Assembly (NCBI GenBank): GCA_964626665.1
Contig: CAZVGK010000003.1
Location: 96,001-160,000 of the forward strand
From: an uncultured Gemmatimonadota bacterium
GTDB taxonomy: Bacteria > SM23-81 > DAOVCL01
Direction: 5' to 3'
DNA: 64,000 nt
Shown piece after piece: positions 1 to 10,157 of this stretch (positions within the stretch are counted from its first letter, which is position 1; each line of letters starts with the position of its first letter). The notes beneath the pieces were generated by a model that did no database searches, was not told the DNA's origin, and saw only the letters and a list, made by a program, of their open reading frames with translations. Made by a program: the position numbers and the translations under genes.

Positions 1-2
1 GC

Positions 3-32
3 TTGACAAAGCAGTGAAACCTTTTGTATTCT
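3..32 (+). promoter_or_regulatory. Putative sigma70 promoter (TTGACA-18-TATTCT)
   Basis: Consensus -35 at 3-8 and TATTCT at 27-32, 7 nt before ATG 40. Confidence 0.5.
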
Positions 33-39
33 TTCATCC

Positions 40-918
40 ATGAAAGTAAGTGGGTTCACATTCGTCAGGAATGCGGTGAGCTTAGACTATCCCATTGTCG
101 AGTCAATTAGTTCCATTCTCCCTATATGCGATGAGTTTGTGGTTGCTGCCGGGGATTCTGAGGATAATACCACCGAACTCATCAGAGGCATAAAAAGCGA
201 TAAGGTCAAAATAATCGAGACTAAATGGGATCCAAAGCTCTTCGTTCATGGGGCGATAAACGCCCAACAGACAGATATCGCCCTTTCCTATTGTCAAGGG
301 GATTGGTGTTTCTATCTCCAGGCAGACGAAGTCGTGCACGAGAAGTTCCTCCCCATCATCGTAAAAAAGATGGAGGAAGCCCTACAGCGCAGAGAGGTAG
401 AAGGGTTCCTCTTTGATTACCTCCACTTCTGGGGCAGCTACCAAACCTATCAGATCTCCCGGAATTGGTATCGCCAAGAGGTGAGGGCAATCAGGAACCA
501 TATCGGAGTCCATTCCTGGAAGAGCGCCCAGGGTTTTAGAAAGGATGGGAAAAAACTTAGAGTCATCCACTCCGGTGCCCAGATCTACCATTACGGCTGG
601 GTAAGGGACCCAAAACTGATGAAGCAAAAACAGATAGCTTTGGACTCCCTCCATCACCCCCAGAAATGGGTGGAAAAACATCATCCGGATAAGGGAGCAC
701 CATTCCAATATGGTTCGCTCCAGCATTTAGCCAAATTTGCAGGGACCCACCCCCAGGTTATGGCCGAAAGGATTAACAAGAAAAATTGGCAGATAGTTCC
801 GAATCCAAAAGTAAAACATAAACACAACAAACTCTCTATCCGACTTTTCACTTTTATAGAAGATAAAATCATCCACACCAGAATAGGAGAGTACAAGAAC
901 TATATCCTCATCGATTGA
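40..918 (+). CDS. Glycosyltransferase family 2 protein
   Basis: N-terminal VSGFTFVRN, GDSEDNT, DxD-like LQADE and HYGW motifs; LPS gene context. Confidence 0.85.
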   Translation: MKVSGFTFVRNAVSLDYPIVESISSILPICDEFVVAAGDSEDNTTELIRGIKSDKVKIIETKWDPKLFVHGAINAQQTDIALSYCQGDWCFYLQADEVVHEKFLPIIVKKMEEALQRREVEGFLFDYLHFWGSYQTYQISRNWYRQEVRAIRNHIGVHSWKSAQGFRKDGKKLRVIHSGAQIYHYGWVRDPKLMKQKQIALDSLHHPQKWVEKHHPDKGAPFQYGSLQHLAKFAGTHPQVMAERINKKNWQIVPNPKVKHKHNKLSIRLFTFIEDKIIHTRIGEYKNYILID

Positions 919-1852
919 GAGATTTCATCCACTCCACCTCTTGACGTAATCCTTCTTCAATTTGAACTTCAGGTTTGAATCCTAACTCCTTTTGTATCTT
1001 TGATGTATCTGCCAGAGTATCCTTTACATCCCCCTTCTGCACATCCTGATAGACAACCTTCGCTTTTTTCCCACAGAGCCCCTCGATAATTTTCAGGGTA
1101 TCATTTATGGAAATCCATCTTCCCCCTCCCACATTCAAAGTCTCTCGCACTACCTTGCTCTCCCCTGCTTTCATCGTAGCCTCCACCACATCGGAAAATA
1201 AGGTAAAATCCCTCCTCTGCTCTCCACCACCGAAGATTTTGACCTCTTCCCCTCTAAGGATTGCCTTGATAAAGCAATGAAAAGCCATATCGGGCCTTTG
1301 GCGCGGTCCGTAGACGGTGAAGTAACGAAGGGAAATGGTGGGGATCCCGTAGTTCTGGGCATAGAGCCTGCAAAGCTCCTCTCCAGCATATTTGGTCAAT
1401 CCATAGGGAGAGATCGGAGATGGCCTCTCATCTTCCCTCAGGGGGAGGTTATGGCTTTCCCCATAGACCGATGAGGAAGAGGCATAGATGAACTTTCTTA
1501 AAGGGTATGAACTACAAAGTTCTAAGAGCCTCTGGGTGGCCAAGACATTGTTTCTCAGATAAACCTCAAAACCAGGGCCCCAGCTCCCTCTTACCCCGGG
1601 CTGGGCGGCCAGGTGGTAGATATGGGTGAGGTCAGGGGGAAGCTCCTGTAGATCGAGGATATCCATTTCCCTAAAGCTAAACCCCCTTTTGCCCAGAAGA
1701 GGGTTAAGATTTGTCCTCTTCAATTCCGAAGAGTAGTAGGAGGTAAAGCTGTCCAGGCCCACTACATCATACCCACTGGCCAAAAGGTGTTGGGCCAAAT
1801 GGGAGCCGATAAAGCCTGCTACCCCAGTAACTAGCGCCCTTTTAGCATTCAT
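908..1852 (-). CDS. NAD-dependent nucleotide-sugar epimerase/dehydratase
   Basis: TGVAGFIG Rossmann motif, ASSSSVYG, YGLTK (YxxxK), YGPRQRPDMA. Confidence 0.9.
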   Translation of the reverse strand: MNAKRALVTGVAGFIGSHLAQHLLASGYDVVGLDSFTSYYSSELKRTNLNPLLGKRGFSFREMDILDLQELPPDLTHIYHLAAQPGVRGSWGPGFEVYLRNNVLATQRLLELCSSYPLRKFIYASSSSVYGESHNLPLREDERPSPISPYGLTKYAGEELCRLYAQNYGIPTISLRYFTVYGPRQRPDMAFHCFIKAILRGEEVKIFGGGEQRRDFTLFSDVVEATMKAGESKVVRETLNVGGGRWISINDTLKIIEGLCGKKAKVVYQDVQKGDVKDTLADTSKIQKELGFKPEVQIEEGLRQEVEWMKSLNR

Positions 1853-1966
1853 TGAGAAGATAATTCTCCCCTTGTAGCATAGCTACTGAATATTTTTCTA
1901 CATAGGTCCAACCCCTACACGGAGATGGTCCACTTTTTGTACCTTCTCTAAACCCTGGAGGAGTTA

Positions 1967-3091
1967 TCAAGGGCCAGGGATAACACCTTTTTTATCCTTG
2001 AGGAGGGAGGAAAATGATTTCTCCACCCTTTCCACCATCAAGGAGGAGGAAAAAGATCTTTCTATCCTTCTTCGGCTGGCTTTTCCCAGGGTTTCCCTTA
2101 GGAGTCTATCATAAAGTAATTTTTTAATAGATTGAGCTAATTGCGAGTGATTATTGGGAGATACAATTAAACCGCTCACCCCATCCTCCACTGCCTCTGG
2201 CACACCACCCACCCTTGTTGCTACCACGGGTTTACCACAGGCCATAGCCTCCAAAACTACATTGGGCAACCCTTCAAACAAGGAGGGGAGAACTAAAATA
2301 TCCAGTGCGGCATAAACCAAGGGAAGATTGGTCCGATAACCGGAGAAAATCACCCGTTCCCTTATCCCAAGTTCCTTGGCAATATCCTCCAGTTCTCCCT
2401 TCCTCTCCCCATCTCCTACCACCCAGAAAACAACCTGGGGAAAGCTTTTGGCCAACAGTTTAGCCGCCTGAAGAAAGAGTTTATGCCCCTTCTGATGGGT
2501 TAACCTCCCCACGATTCCCACCACTAAGCCGTTGGAGGGCAAGCCAAACTGAACTCTGGCTTCAGCCTGAGAGTCCCCAGGATGAAAATAATCGAGGTCA
2601 ACCCCATTGGGAATAACCTCTATCAAATTACGATCCAACCAACTATAGCGGCCCAACTCCCTCTTTATGGAATTTGATGGACATACAATCTTATCAGCAA
2701 GAAATCTATAGGAAAGCTTGAACCTTAACTTATCCCTCATCAAGGGAAGCCCCTTGCGAACAACTAGGGCTCTCACCCCGGCCAGCTTTGCTCCTAAGCC
2801 TCCTAACCTGAGATCCTTGTCGAAATTGACACAGAGGAGTTGCACCTTCCCCTTTCTCATCAACAGGGCCAACCTATAAATATTTATGGGCCCAAAATCC
2901 CCCCTTATCCTCAGGGAATAAACTTTTAACCCTTCCGTGGATGCCCCCTTTAAAAAACGACTTCCCCTGCGGCCAGCTATAACTACCCGATGTCTTCTGG
3001 CCTTAAGGCCCTTGGCCACGGCGACCATCCACTTCTCTCCCCCACCCCAGACTCCTTCCCTAATGGAGTTGAGGAAAAGAATGTTCAACAT
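1967..3091 (-). CDS. Glycosyltransferase family 4
   Basis: GGGEK, VIPNGVD, GRL..QKG, EGLPNVVLEAMACG. Confidence 0.9.
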   Translation of the reverse strand: MLNILFLNSIREGVWGGGEKWMVAVAKGLKARRHRVVIAGRRGSRFLKGASTEGLKVYSLRIRGDFGPINIYRLALLMRKGKVQLLCVNFDKDLRLGGLGAKLAGVRALVVRKGLPLMRDKLRFKLSYRFLADKIVCPSNSIKRELGRYSWLDRNLIEVIPNGVDLDYFHPGDSQAEARVQFGLPSNGLVVGIVGRLTHQKGHKLFLQAAKLLAKSFPQVVFWVVGDGERKGELEDIAKELGIRERVIFSGYRTNLPLVYAALDILVLPSLFEGLPNVVLEAMACGKPVVATRVGGVPEAVEDGVSGLIVSPNNHSQLAQSIKKLLYDRLLRETLGKASRRRIERSFSSSLMVERVEKSFSSLLKDKKGVIPGP

Positions 3092-4164
3092 TAAAGCTCC
3101 TCTACCAGGGAGTTGAACTCGGCGAGAACATCGGCTACTGAGGGATCCCCTCCCCGGTAAACCGTGCGATGATGATCCCCCTGGGGAGCATACCTATAGG
3201 AATTCCCTACCAGGAAAACAGATAGGGTGGGAACACCCAGGGCAGCGGCTAGATGCATCGGGCCACAATCTCCGCTAATGAATACCCGACAGAAGGAGAG
3301 GAGAGAGGCAAACTCCCGCAAGCCCATCTGAGGAAAAATGGTCACCCCAGGGGAGGGAAACTCCTGCTTACCTCTTAAAAGATCCTTCTCACCTGGCCCC
3401 CAGAAGATGAGGATAGGAAAACCATACTCCTTATTAATCATTCTGGCTAGAGAGGCAAACTTGCTCAGGTCCCACCTTTTGTCCCTTCTCCCTCCTGGAT
3501 GGATACCCACCAAAAAGGAGGAACTATCTATACCCAAGCTCTTAAGCACATCTCTTGCTTGCTCCCTTTCTTTTGGGGCCAAAAAGACCTCCATCCCATT
3601 GGAACTGAAACTTTTACTAAGAAAAGAGAGGAGGACGAGGTTAGTTTCAATTTGATGAACTTTCCCTTCTGGCGGGGGAATTTCTACATTTAAAAATGGA
3701 TTGGGCTTTCCCCTTTGAAAACCCACCCGATAAGGGGCAAGGGAAAGCAGGGTATAGAGCCCATTGTTAAAGGAGAGCGAGTCCTGATGGCTACAATCGA
3801 AGGAGAGGTCAAACCCCGTTCCTATAAGCTTTATGAGAAACTTAGTCAAAGCAAAGGGATTATACAGAAGACTCCTTTTCTTCAGGGTGATAACCCCATC
3901 TATATTCGGATTTCCCCTGAGTAGAGAGGAGAACCTACTGCTAACCAAAGCCCAGATCCCAGCCTGGGGAAGGGAAGATTTGAGAAGCTCAAAAAATGGG
4001 GTGAGCATCAAGAGATTCCCCAACCTCTCATCCCCTCTGACCACTAAGACCTGCCTCACCTGAGATAGATCGATTCGTTCAACCCCCAGCTTCTCCCGTT
4101 TAAGGGGGGTAAGAAGTTTAAATAGCTGGCCTTTTAGGCCCCTCTCTAAATCCTTTAACCTCAT
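3091..4164 (-). CDS. Glycosyltransferase family 9 (heptosyltransferase-like)
   Basis: RLGNLLM, GIHPGG..KRW, SGDCGPMHLAAALG. Confidence 0.85.
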   Translation of the reverse strand: MRLKDLERGLKGQLFKLLTPLKREKLGVERIDLSQVRQVLVVRGDERLGNLLMLTPFFELLKSSLPQAGIWALVSSRFSSLLRGNPNIDGVITLKKRSLLYNPFALTKFLIKLIGTGFDLSFDCSHQDSLSFNNGLYTLLSLAPYRVGFQRGKPNPFLNVEIPPPEGKVHQIETNLVLLSFLSKSFSSNGMEVFLAPKEREQARDVLKSLGIDSSSFLVGIHPGGRRDKRWDLSKFASLARMINKEYGFPILIFWGPGEKDLLRGKQEFPSPGVTIFPQMGLREFASLLSFCRVFISGDCGPMHLAAALGVPTLSVFLVGNSYRYAPQGDHHRTVYRGGDPSVADVLAEFNSLVEEL

Positions 4165-5989
4165 TATCCACGAACTGGAGCTGATAGAGTCTGCGGTAAA
4201 GACCGTCCTCCCCTATTAACTGGGAATGGTTTCCCCTCTGCACAATTCGTCCTTTCTCCAGGACTACTATCAGATCTGCATCCCTTACGGTGGAAAGCCT
4301 ATGAGCCACAACAAGGGTTGTTCTCCCCTTGATTAGCCTGTTGATCGCCTCCTGTACCAACCTCTCGGACTGAGCATCCAATGAGGAGGTGGCCTCATCG
4401 AAGATCAATATCTGGGGATTCTTAAGGATAGCCCTAGCAATGGCAATCCTCTGTCTCTCCCCTCCGGAGAGTTTGACCCCTCGGTCTCCGATATAGGTAT
4501 CGTATTTTTGCGAGAGGGAGAGGATGAAATGGTGGGCATTGGCCACCTCTGCCGCTTTCTCCACCTTTTCCCTGGCTACATCATTTAGCCCATAGGCGAT
4601 ATTGTTAAAAACGGTATCGTTGAAGAGGATGGTCTCCTGAGTGACAATCCCCATTAGCCTCCGCAGGGAGCTCACCTTTATCTCCCTTATATCCCTCCCA
4701 TCCAGTTCAATTCTCCCCTGCTGAGGGTCATAAAAGCGGGGCAAGAGATCCAAAAGGGTCGACTTGCCCACCCCACTTGGCCCGACAATGGCCACTACCT
4801 CTCCGGCTTTAACCTCTAGATCAATACCTTGTAAGATGGTTTCCCCTTCATCATATCCATACCAGACATTTACATACCTAATGGAGTCGGTGAGATTATC
4901 TACCTCCTTCTTACCCTCATTCTTTACCCTGGGGGGGGTATCCAAAACCTGGAAAACCCTCTCTGCTGCGGCCAATCCCTGTTGGATCTTGCTGTTTACC
5001 CCGGAGATGTTCTTCACCGGTTGCATCATCATAAATAGGGCCAGCACAAAGAGGACGAAATCGTCAGGGGACATAACCATTCCCTGCAAGACATGGGAAC
5101 CACCAAACCAAAGGATGATCACCCCTACTCCAGTCCCTAAGAGCTCATTCAGGGGATTAGCCAGCCTACTCACCCTGGCCATCTTCAACCTGGTGCGGAA
5201 ATACCTCTGGGTCTCCCTCGTAAATTTACTTAGCTCAAACCTCTCCATAGAGAAGGCCTTGACCACCCTCACCCCTGATATGGTCTCCTGTAAGATGGAG
5301 GTCACATCGGCCATCCTGGCCTGGGAACGGCTGCTATACTTACGCAGTTTCCTGCCCACCTTGGTTATCACCAAGAGGACCAGAGGGGCTACTAAGAGTA
5401 TTAAGAGGGTCAGTTTCCAGTTGATCATTACCACCATAACCAGATAGATGAGAATAAGAAAGGGATTCTGGATCATACTGGAGAAGCTGATACTTATGGT
5501 ATTGTTCAGAACCAGAGTGTCGTTGGTAATCCTAGAGATCAGTTTACCGGTTCTCTGTTGGTGGAAATAAGTCAAGGAAAGACAGTGAAGGTGTTCATAG
5601 AGCTTATTTCTTATGTCCCTGATAAATCCCTGTTGCACAAAGGCGATAAAATAAGCCTGTAGATAGAAGAAGAGGTTTTTGAGGAAGACAACTATGAGGA
5701 TTAATAGGCAAAGCCTCTTTAAGGTAGCAAGCTTTGTCCTCCCCATTATCAGCGAGTAGGCCTTCTCCTTGACCTGCACCCTGAGCCCGGAGAGAAAGTC
5801 CGTTTGAAGCGGCACCTTCTTCAGGGTCTGGGGTTCATCTGGAGTCATAAAGATGGTCTTCACAGTGGGGGCCACCAGCCAGACCATGGCTCCGCTGAAA
5901 AGGGTGAAGAGAACCGTGCAGAGGATGGAGACCACTAAGTGTCTCCAATAAGACCTTAAATATCCTAAAACCCTAAGATAGAGTCTCAT
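4118..5989 (-). CDS. msbA: ABC transporter ATP-binding/permease, MsbA-like lipid A flippase
   Basis: TM domain plus GPSGVGKS, LSGGERQR, DEATS, AHRLST; co-operonic with LPS glycosyltransferases. Confidence 0.75.
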   Translation of the reverse strand: MRLYLRVLGYLRSYWRHLVVSILCTVLFTLFSGAMVWLVAPTVKTIFMTPDEPQTLKKVPLQTDFLSGLRVQVKEKAYSLIMGRTKLATLKRLCLLILIVVFLKNLFFYLQAYFIAFVQQGFIRDIRNKLYEHLHCLSLTYFHQQRTGKLISRITNDTLVLNNTISISFSSMIQNPFLILIYLVMVVMINWKLTLLILLVAPLVLLVITKVGRKLRKYSSRSQARMADVTSILQETISGVRVVKAFSMERFELSKFTRETQRYFRTRLKMARVSRLANPLNELLGTGVGVIILWFGGSHVLQGMVMSPDDFVLFVLALFMMMQPVKNISGVNSKIQQGLAAAERVFQVLDTPPRVKNEGKKEVDNLTDSIRYVNVWYGYDEGETILQGIDLEVKAGEVVAIVGPSGVGKSTLLDLLPRFYDPQQGRIELDGRDIREIKVSSLRRLMGIVTQETILFNDTVFNNIAYGLNDVAREKVEKAAEVANAHHFILSLSQKYDTYIGDRGVKLSGGERQRIAIARAILKNPQILIFDEATSSLDAQSERLVQEAINRLIKGRTTLVVAHRLSTVRDADLIVVLEKGRIVQRGNHSQLIGEDGLYRRLYQLQFVDNEVKGFREGPKRPAI

Positions 5990-5998
5990 AATCCCTTG

Positions 5999-6027
5999 AA
6001 TTTAACCCCTGAAACCAAAGATGTCAA
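5999..6027 (-). promoter_or_regulatory. Putative sigma70 promoter for msbA operon
   Basis: Minus strand TTGACA-17-TAAATT, 9 nt upstream of ATG. Confidence 0.55.
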
Positions 6028-6035
6028 GCCATAAG

Positions 6036-6063
6036 AGAAAACCGTCATCTCTGACGGTTTTCT
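6036..6063 (-). terminator. Hairpin, probable terminator downstream of gcvPB
   Basis: 12-bp perfect stem AGAAAACCGTCA / TGACGGTTTTCT with 4-nt loop. Confidence 0.55.
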
Positions 6064-6189
6064 AACTCCGAGCATCCCTCCATTTTTTACAATGAACTGA
6101 AGGGATTTGAAAAGTTTTCCCCTTCAATCCCTTGCGGATGATAAAATCCAAAGGGGAGCAGAACATCCACAGGGAATAGAGGCATCACC

Positions 6190-7638
6190 TCACCGGCTTT
6201 TCCACCTCACATCTAAATCCTTGGCTGCCTTTCTCTCATCAAGCCGGGAGACCGGGGTTGTATGGGGAGCAGACCTGACCAGATCAGGGTTTTCCTCTGA
6301 CTCCTGGGCAATCTTCTTCATCGCCTCGATAAACCCATCCAGGGACTCCTTCGGCTCGGTCTCCGTAGGCTCGATCATCAGAGCCTCAGGGACGATGAGG
6401 GGAAAGTAGACAGTTGGTGGGTGAAAGCCATAATCCAGAAGCCTCTTGGCTATATCCAGGGTTCTCACCCCCTGGGCCTTCTGGCGGGAACCGGAGAGGA
6501 CAAACTCGTGGAGAGGGAAGCGGTCATAGGGAAGGTGATAGTAATCTTTAAGGTTTTTCATCAAGTAATTGGCATTGGTTATCGCCCCTTCACTGACCTC
6601 CCTTAGTCCTTTGGCACCCAACATCCTCAGGTAGATATAGGCCTTCACCATAACCCCAAAATTGCCATAGAATCCCTGCACCTTACCGATGGAATCGGGG
6701 CGATCGTAGCTGAACCGATAGCCCTCATCTTCCTTCTCTATGGTGGGCAAGGGAAGGAAGCCGGCCAATTCCCCCTTTACCCCTACTGGTCCGGATCCTG
6801 GTCCCCCACCGCCATGAGGGGTGGAGAAGGTCTTGTGCAGGTTGAGATGGACCAGATCAAACCCCATATCCCCTGGCCTGGTTATCCCCAAGAGGGCATT
6901 CATATTGGCCCCATCCATATAGAGGAGAGCTCCAGCCCGGTGGACTATATCCGCTATCTCCATAATCTGGGATTCAAAGAGACCTAAAGTATTGGGGTTT
7001 GTCAACATAAGTGCGGACACATCCTCATCAACCAACTCCCTCAACTGGGTAAGGTCAACAAGTCCCTGGGAGTTGGATTTCACCTCTACCGCCCTATATC
7101 CGGCAAGGTGAGTAGATGCTGGGTTTGTCCCATGGGCAGAGTCCGGTATGATCACTCTTTCCCTGGGGTTTCCCTTATTGAGATGATAGGCCCTAACCAT
7201 CAGAAGGCCAGTAAGTTCCCCCTGAGCACCAGCCGCCGGCTGTAGGGTCATCCTATCCATACCAGTGATTTGACAGAGCATCCCCTCCAGCTCATACATC
7301 AACTTCAGAGCTCCCTGGACCGTGCTCTCCGGCTGATAGGGATGAAGATTGCAGAAACCAGGAAGCACGGCTAATCTCTCCCCTATCTTGGGGTTGTATT
7401 TCATCGTGCAGGAACCCAAGGGGTATAACCCCCTGTCAATATGATAGTTCAATGCGGAGAGGTTAACGAAATGGCGCACCACTTCCACTTCACTCACCTC
7501 GGGCAATTCTGGTGGATACCCCCTGAGCACCTCGGGGGGGAGAAGCTCCTCTGGAAATCGGGCGGGCAAATCAGATTTAGGCAGGGTAAATCCCCTCTTA
7601 CCACTTCCGCTAAGTTCAAAGATTAATTTCTCGGTCAT
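6190..7638 (-). CDS. gcvPB: Glycine dehydrogenase (decarboxylating) subunit 2
   Basis: [33 protein letters not shown] site, MIEPTETE. Confidence 0.97.
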   Translation of the reverse strand: MTEKLIFELSGSGKRGFTLPKSDLPARFPEELLPPEVLRGYPPELPEVSEVEVVRHFVNLSALNYHIDRGLYPLGSCTMKYNPKIGERLAVLPGFCNLHPYQPESTVQGALKLMYELEGMLCQITGMDRMTLQPAAGAQGELTGLLMVRAYHLNKGNPRERVIIPDSAHGTNPASTHLAGYRAVEVKSNSQGLVDLTQLRELVDEDVSALMLTNPNTLGLFESQIMEIADIVHRAGALLYMDGANMNALLGITRPGDMGFDLVHLNLHKTFSTPHGGGGPGSGPVGVKGELAGFLPLPTIEKEDEGYRFSYDRPDSIGKVQGFYGNFGVMVKAYIYLRMLGAKGLREVSEGAITNANYLMKNLKDYYHLPYDRFPLHEFVLSGSRQKAQGVRTLDIAKRLLDYGFHPPTVYFPLIVPEALMIEPTETEPKESLDGFIEAMKKIAQESEENPDLVRSAPHTTPVSRLDERKAAKDLDVRWKSR

Positions 7639-7659
7639 CTTAATCTCTCCATCCTCCTA

Positions 7660-8040
7660 AATACTTTGGACGTAGATCAATGTAGATCAAAAGGATAAAT
7701 CCAGACTATACGCTGGGGAACCACGAGATTTCACGAGATTGTCACCAGATATTCAGAATAAAGATCCTCACCAAATCAGCAATCTATGATTAAACTCACA
7801 GATCAATCCCCAACAGCTCCCTCAAATCGGAGGAGAGGTCTCAGACCTTTCGAAAGCTGTCAGCCCCGTTCCGACGGGATTCCTGGCGGAAGAGGTAACT
7901 CCTGATGGGCACACTTTTTAAGAAAACACCGAATGACACTAAAATCCCTATCCACAAGGAATAGACAGGGCCGTCAGGAGGTAACTCCTGACGGCACATT
8001 TTAGAGACAAGTTTTGTTTATCCTGTTTATCCTGTCCAAG
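7660..8040. repeat. Intergenic mosaic of palindromic repeats between gcvPA and gcvPB
   Basis: Solo AACCACGAGATTTCACGAGAT arm (7719-7750), GTCAGGAGGTAACTCCTGAC palindrome (~7973), ATCCTGTTTATCCTGTC. Confidence 0.7.
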
Positions 8041-8048
8041 ATGAGATC

Positions 8049-9398
8049 TCAACCTCCCCCTGCTATCTCCTTCAAACCATCGATGAGGAGATCTATCTCC
8101 TCCTTGCTCCTCTTCTCCGTTGTGGCTAACAAAAATCCCTTCCCCATCCCAAACCTGCCTAAATCTGGCCCGACAAAGATCCCCTTCTGGGCCAGGGAGG
8201 TGATTACCTTCCCTGCAGAAAGGGCTGAAATGACCGTAAACTCCTTAAAGAATGGAGCTGTGTAACCGGGTTGAAAACCATCTATCTCCGCTATCCGCTT
8301 CTGTGTGTAGTGGCTCTTTCGTAGACAGAGCAAGGCTAAATCCCTCATCCCCTCTCTCCCCAAGAGGGTGAGATAGACAGCGGCGGCCAGGGCATTTAGG
8401 GCTTCGCTGGTGCATATATTGGAGGTGGCCCTTTCCCTCCTTATATGTTGTTCCCTGGTTTGCAGGGCAAGGACAAATCCCCTTCTTCCCTGGCTATCTG
8501 TGGTTGCCCCCACCAATCTTCCCGGCATTTGGCGAAGGAACTCCCTCTGACAGGCAAAGAATCCTAAATACGGGCCGCCAAAAGAGGTGGGATTCCCCAA
8601 GGGCTGCCCCTCTCCCACGGCGATATCTGCCTCATATTTCCCTGGGGGTTTAAGGATGCCCAAGGAGATGGGATCTACCACCATTATCAGCAGAGCTCCT
8701 ACCTTGTGGACCAACCCGGCGGTCTGGCTCAGGTCCTCCACAGCTCCCCAGAAATTGGGATTCTGGATGACAACTGAGGCCACATTCTCGTCGAGCATCC
8801 CCTCCAACCTGCCCCAGTCCGTCCTTCCAGTGCTAAGGGGTATCCTCTGAATTTTTAATCCCAAACCCCTGGTATAGGTCTTCAGAACCTGATGATAAGC
8901 GGGATTAAGCCCCTCCGAGGCCAGGATGGTATCCCTTCCGGTAATGGAATGGGCCATAAGCGCTGCCTCTGCCGTTGCTGAGGCCCCGTCATACATTGAG
9001 GCATTAGCCACATCCATCCCGGTAAGCTCACAAATCAAGCTCTGGTACTCATAGATCGCCTGTAGGGTCCCTTGACTCACTTCAGCCTGATAGGGTGTAT
9101 AAGAGGTGTAATATTCGCTCCGTTCGATGATAGAGGAGACAGCCGCCGGAACCCAGTGGTCATAGGCACCTCCCCCCAAGAATGATAGGTTGTGGTCGAG
9201 ATCGTCGTTCTCCTCTGAAATGTCCCGCATAAGCGTGGAGACCTCTATCTCGGAGAGGGGAGGTGGCAGATCAAGAGGTCTCTTTATCCTGATCTGCGGA
9301 GGAATAGAGGAGATAAGCTCGGCGAAGCTCTCCACCCCGATGGTGGAAAGCATATCTTCCTTCTCCTTAGCCGATATTGGTATCCAGCACATTCTCAA
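8049..9398 (-). CDS. gcvPA: Glycine dehydrogenase (decarboxylating) subunit 1
   Basis: YTPYQAEVSQG, NASMYDGA, LQTREQHIRRERATSNIC. Confidence 0.97.
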   Translation of the reverse strand: MRMCWIPISAKEKEDMLSTIGVESFAELISSIPPQIRIKRPLDLPPPLSEIEVSTLMRDISEENDDLDHNLSFLGGGAYDHWVPAAVSSIIERSEYYTSYTPYQAEVSQGTLQAIYEYQSLICELTGMDVANASMYDGASATAEAALMAHSITGRDTILASEGLNPAYHQVLKTYTRGLGLKIQRIPLSTGRTDWGRLEGMLDENVASVVIQNPNFWGAVEDLSQTAGLVHKVGALLIMVVDPISLGILKPPGKYEADIAVGEGQPLGNPTSFGGPYLGFFACQREFLRQMPGRLVGATTDSQGRRGFVLALQTREQHIRRERATSNICTSEALNALAAAVYLTLLGREGMRDLALLCLRKSHYTQKRIAEIDGFQPGYTAPFFKEFTVISALSAGKVITSLAQKGIFVGPDLGRFGMGKGFLLATTEKRSKEEIDLLIDGLKEIAGGG

Positions 9399-9781
9399 TG
9401 CTCCTCTTCCTCCAAAAGCTTCTCATAATCCGCAGGGGAAAGGAGGTTCTCCAACTCACTGGGGTTTTCTATCTGCAGCTTTATTATCCAACCCTCCCCG
9501 TAAGGGTCCGAGTTTATAAGCTCAGGCTTGTTCTTTAGTGCAGGATTTGACTCCAACACTTCACCTGATACCGGGGCATAAATGTCGGTGACCGCTTTCA
9601 CCGCCTCAATCGTGCCAAATGACTCCATCTGCTCCACCTTTGCCCTTACCTCCGGAAGCTCCACAAAGACAATATCGCCCAGTTCCCCCTGGGCATAGTC
9701 AGTTATCCCCACCGTGCCTTCATCTCCATCTATCCTTACCCACTCGTGCTCCTTGGTATAATTCAGGTCATCCGGGACCAT
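9395..9781 (-). CDS. gcvH: Glycine cleavage system H protein
   Basis: YTKEHEW, GITDYAQGELGD, lipoyl lysine in EAVKA, DPYGEGW. Confidence 0.97.
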   Translation of the reverse strand: MVPDDLNYTKEHEWVRIDGDEGTVGITDYAQGELGDIVFVELPEVRAKVEQMESFGTIEAVKAVTDIYAPVSGEVLESNPALKNKPELINSDPYGEGWIIKLQIENPSELENLLSPADYEKLLEEEEH

Positions 9782-10157
9782 ACCTCCTCCTTGGTTTATG
9801 AATCTAAAGTTTACAGTTCACCGGGACCAACAGCCAGATATTTCAGCGAAGCTTCAAATGTAAAATGAAGAATTAAGAATGGAAGTGATTATTGACACGG
9901 GCGACGGAGTCTGAGCTTCAACTCCATTGCTCTTCCCTTTCTTCCCTCCCTACAGAAACAGACTATTAGCCATTCGCCCCACTTCCGCGGGCTTATCGGA
10001 GCCGCTCTGTTCTCCTGATCCCCGGGAACTGTTACTTACCCCTAATATAAAAGGATTAACGGCCAATTCAAGTCTTTTTACCCAAAATTGCCGATAAAAT
10101 TGCCTGGGCCCTGGCAGGGAGCTTAACCCTGAACCCAGAGTAAACCTGGTCAAGAAG

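Noticed and set aside
4118-4164. 47-nt msbA/GT9 overlap as a frameshift
   Set aside because: Both proteins appear complete; the overlap is a short non-conserved tail
4764-5447. Long antisense ORFs (also 54004-54909, 25491-26018, 39469-39966)
   Set aside because: Shadows of well-supported genes on the opposite strand
9782-10157. Glycine riboswitch upstream of gcvH
   Set aside because: No GGAGA...CCGAAG...CTCTCAGG aptamer core on the minus strand
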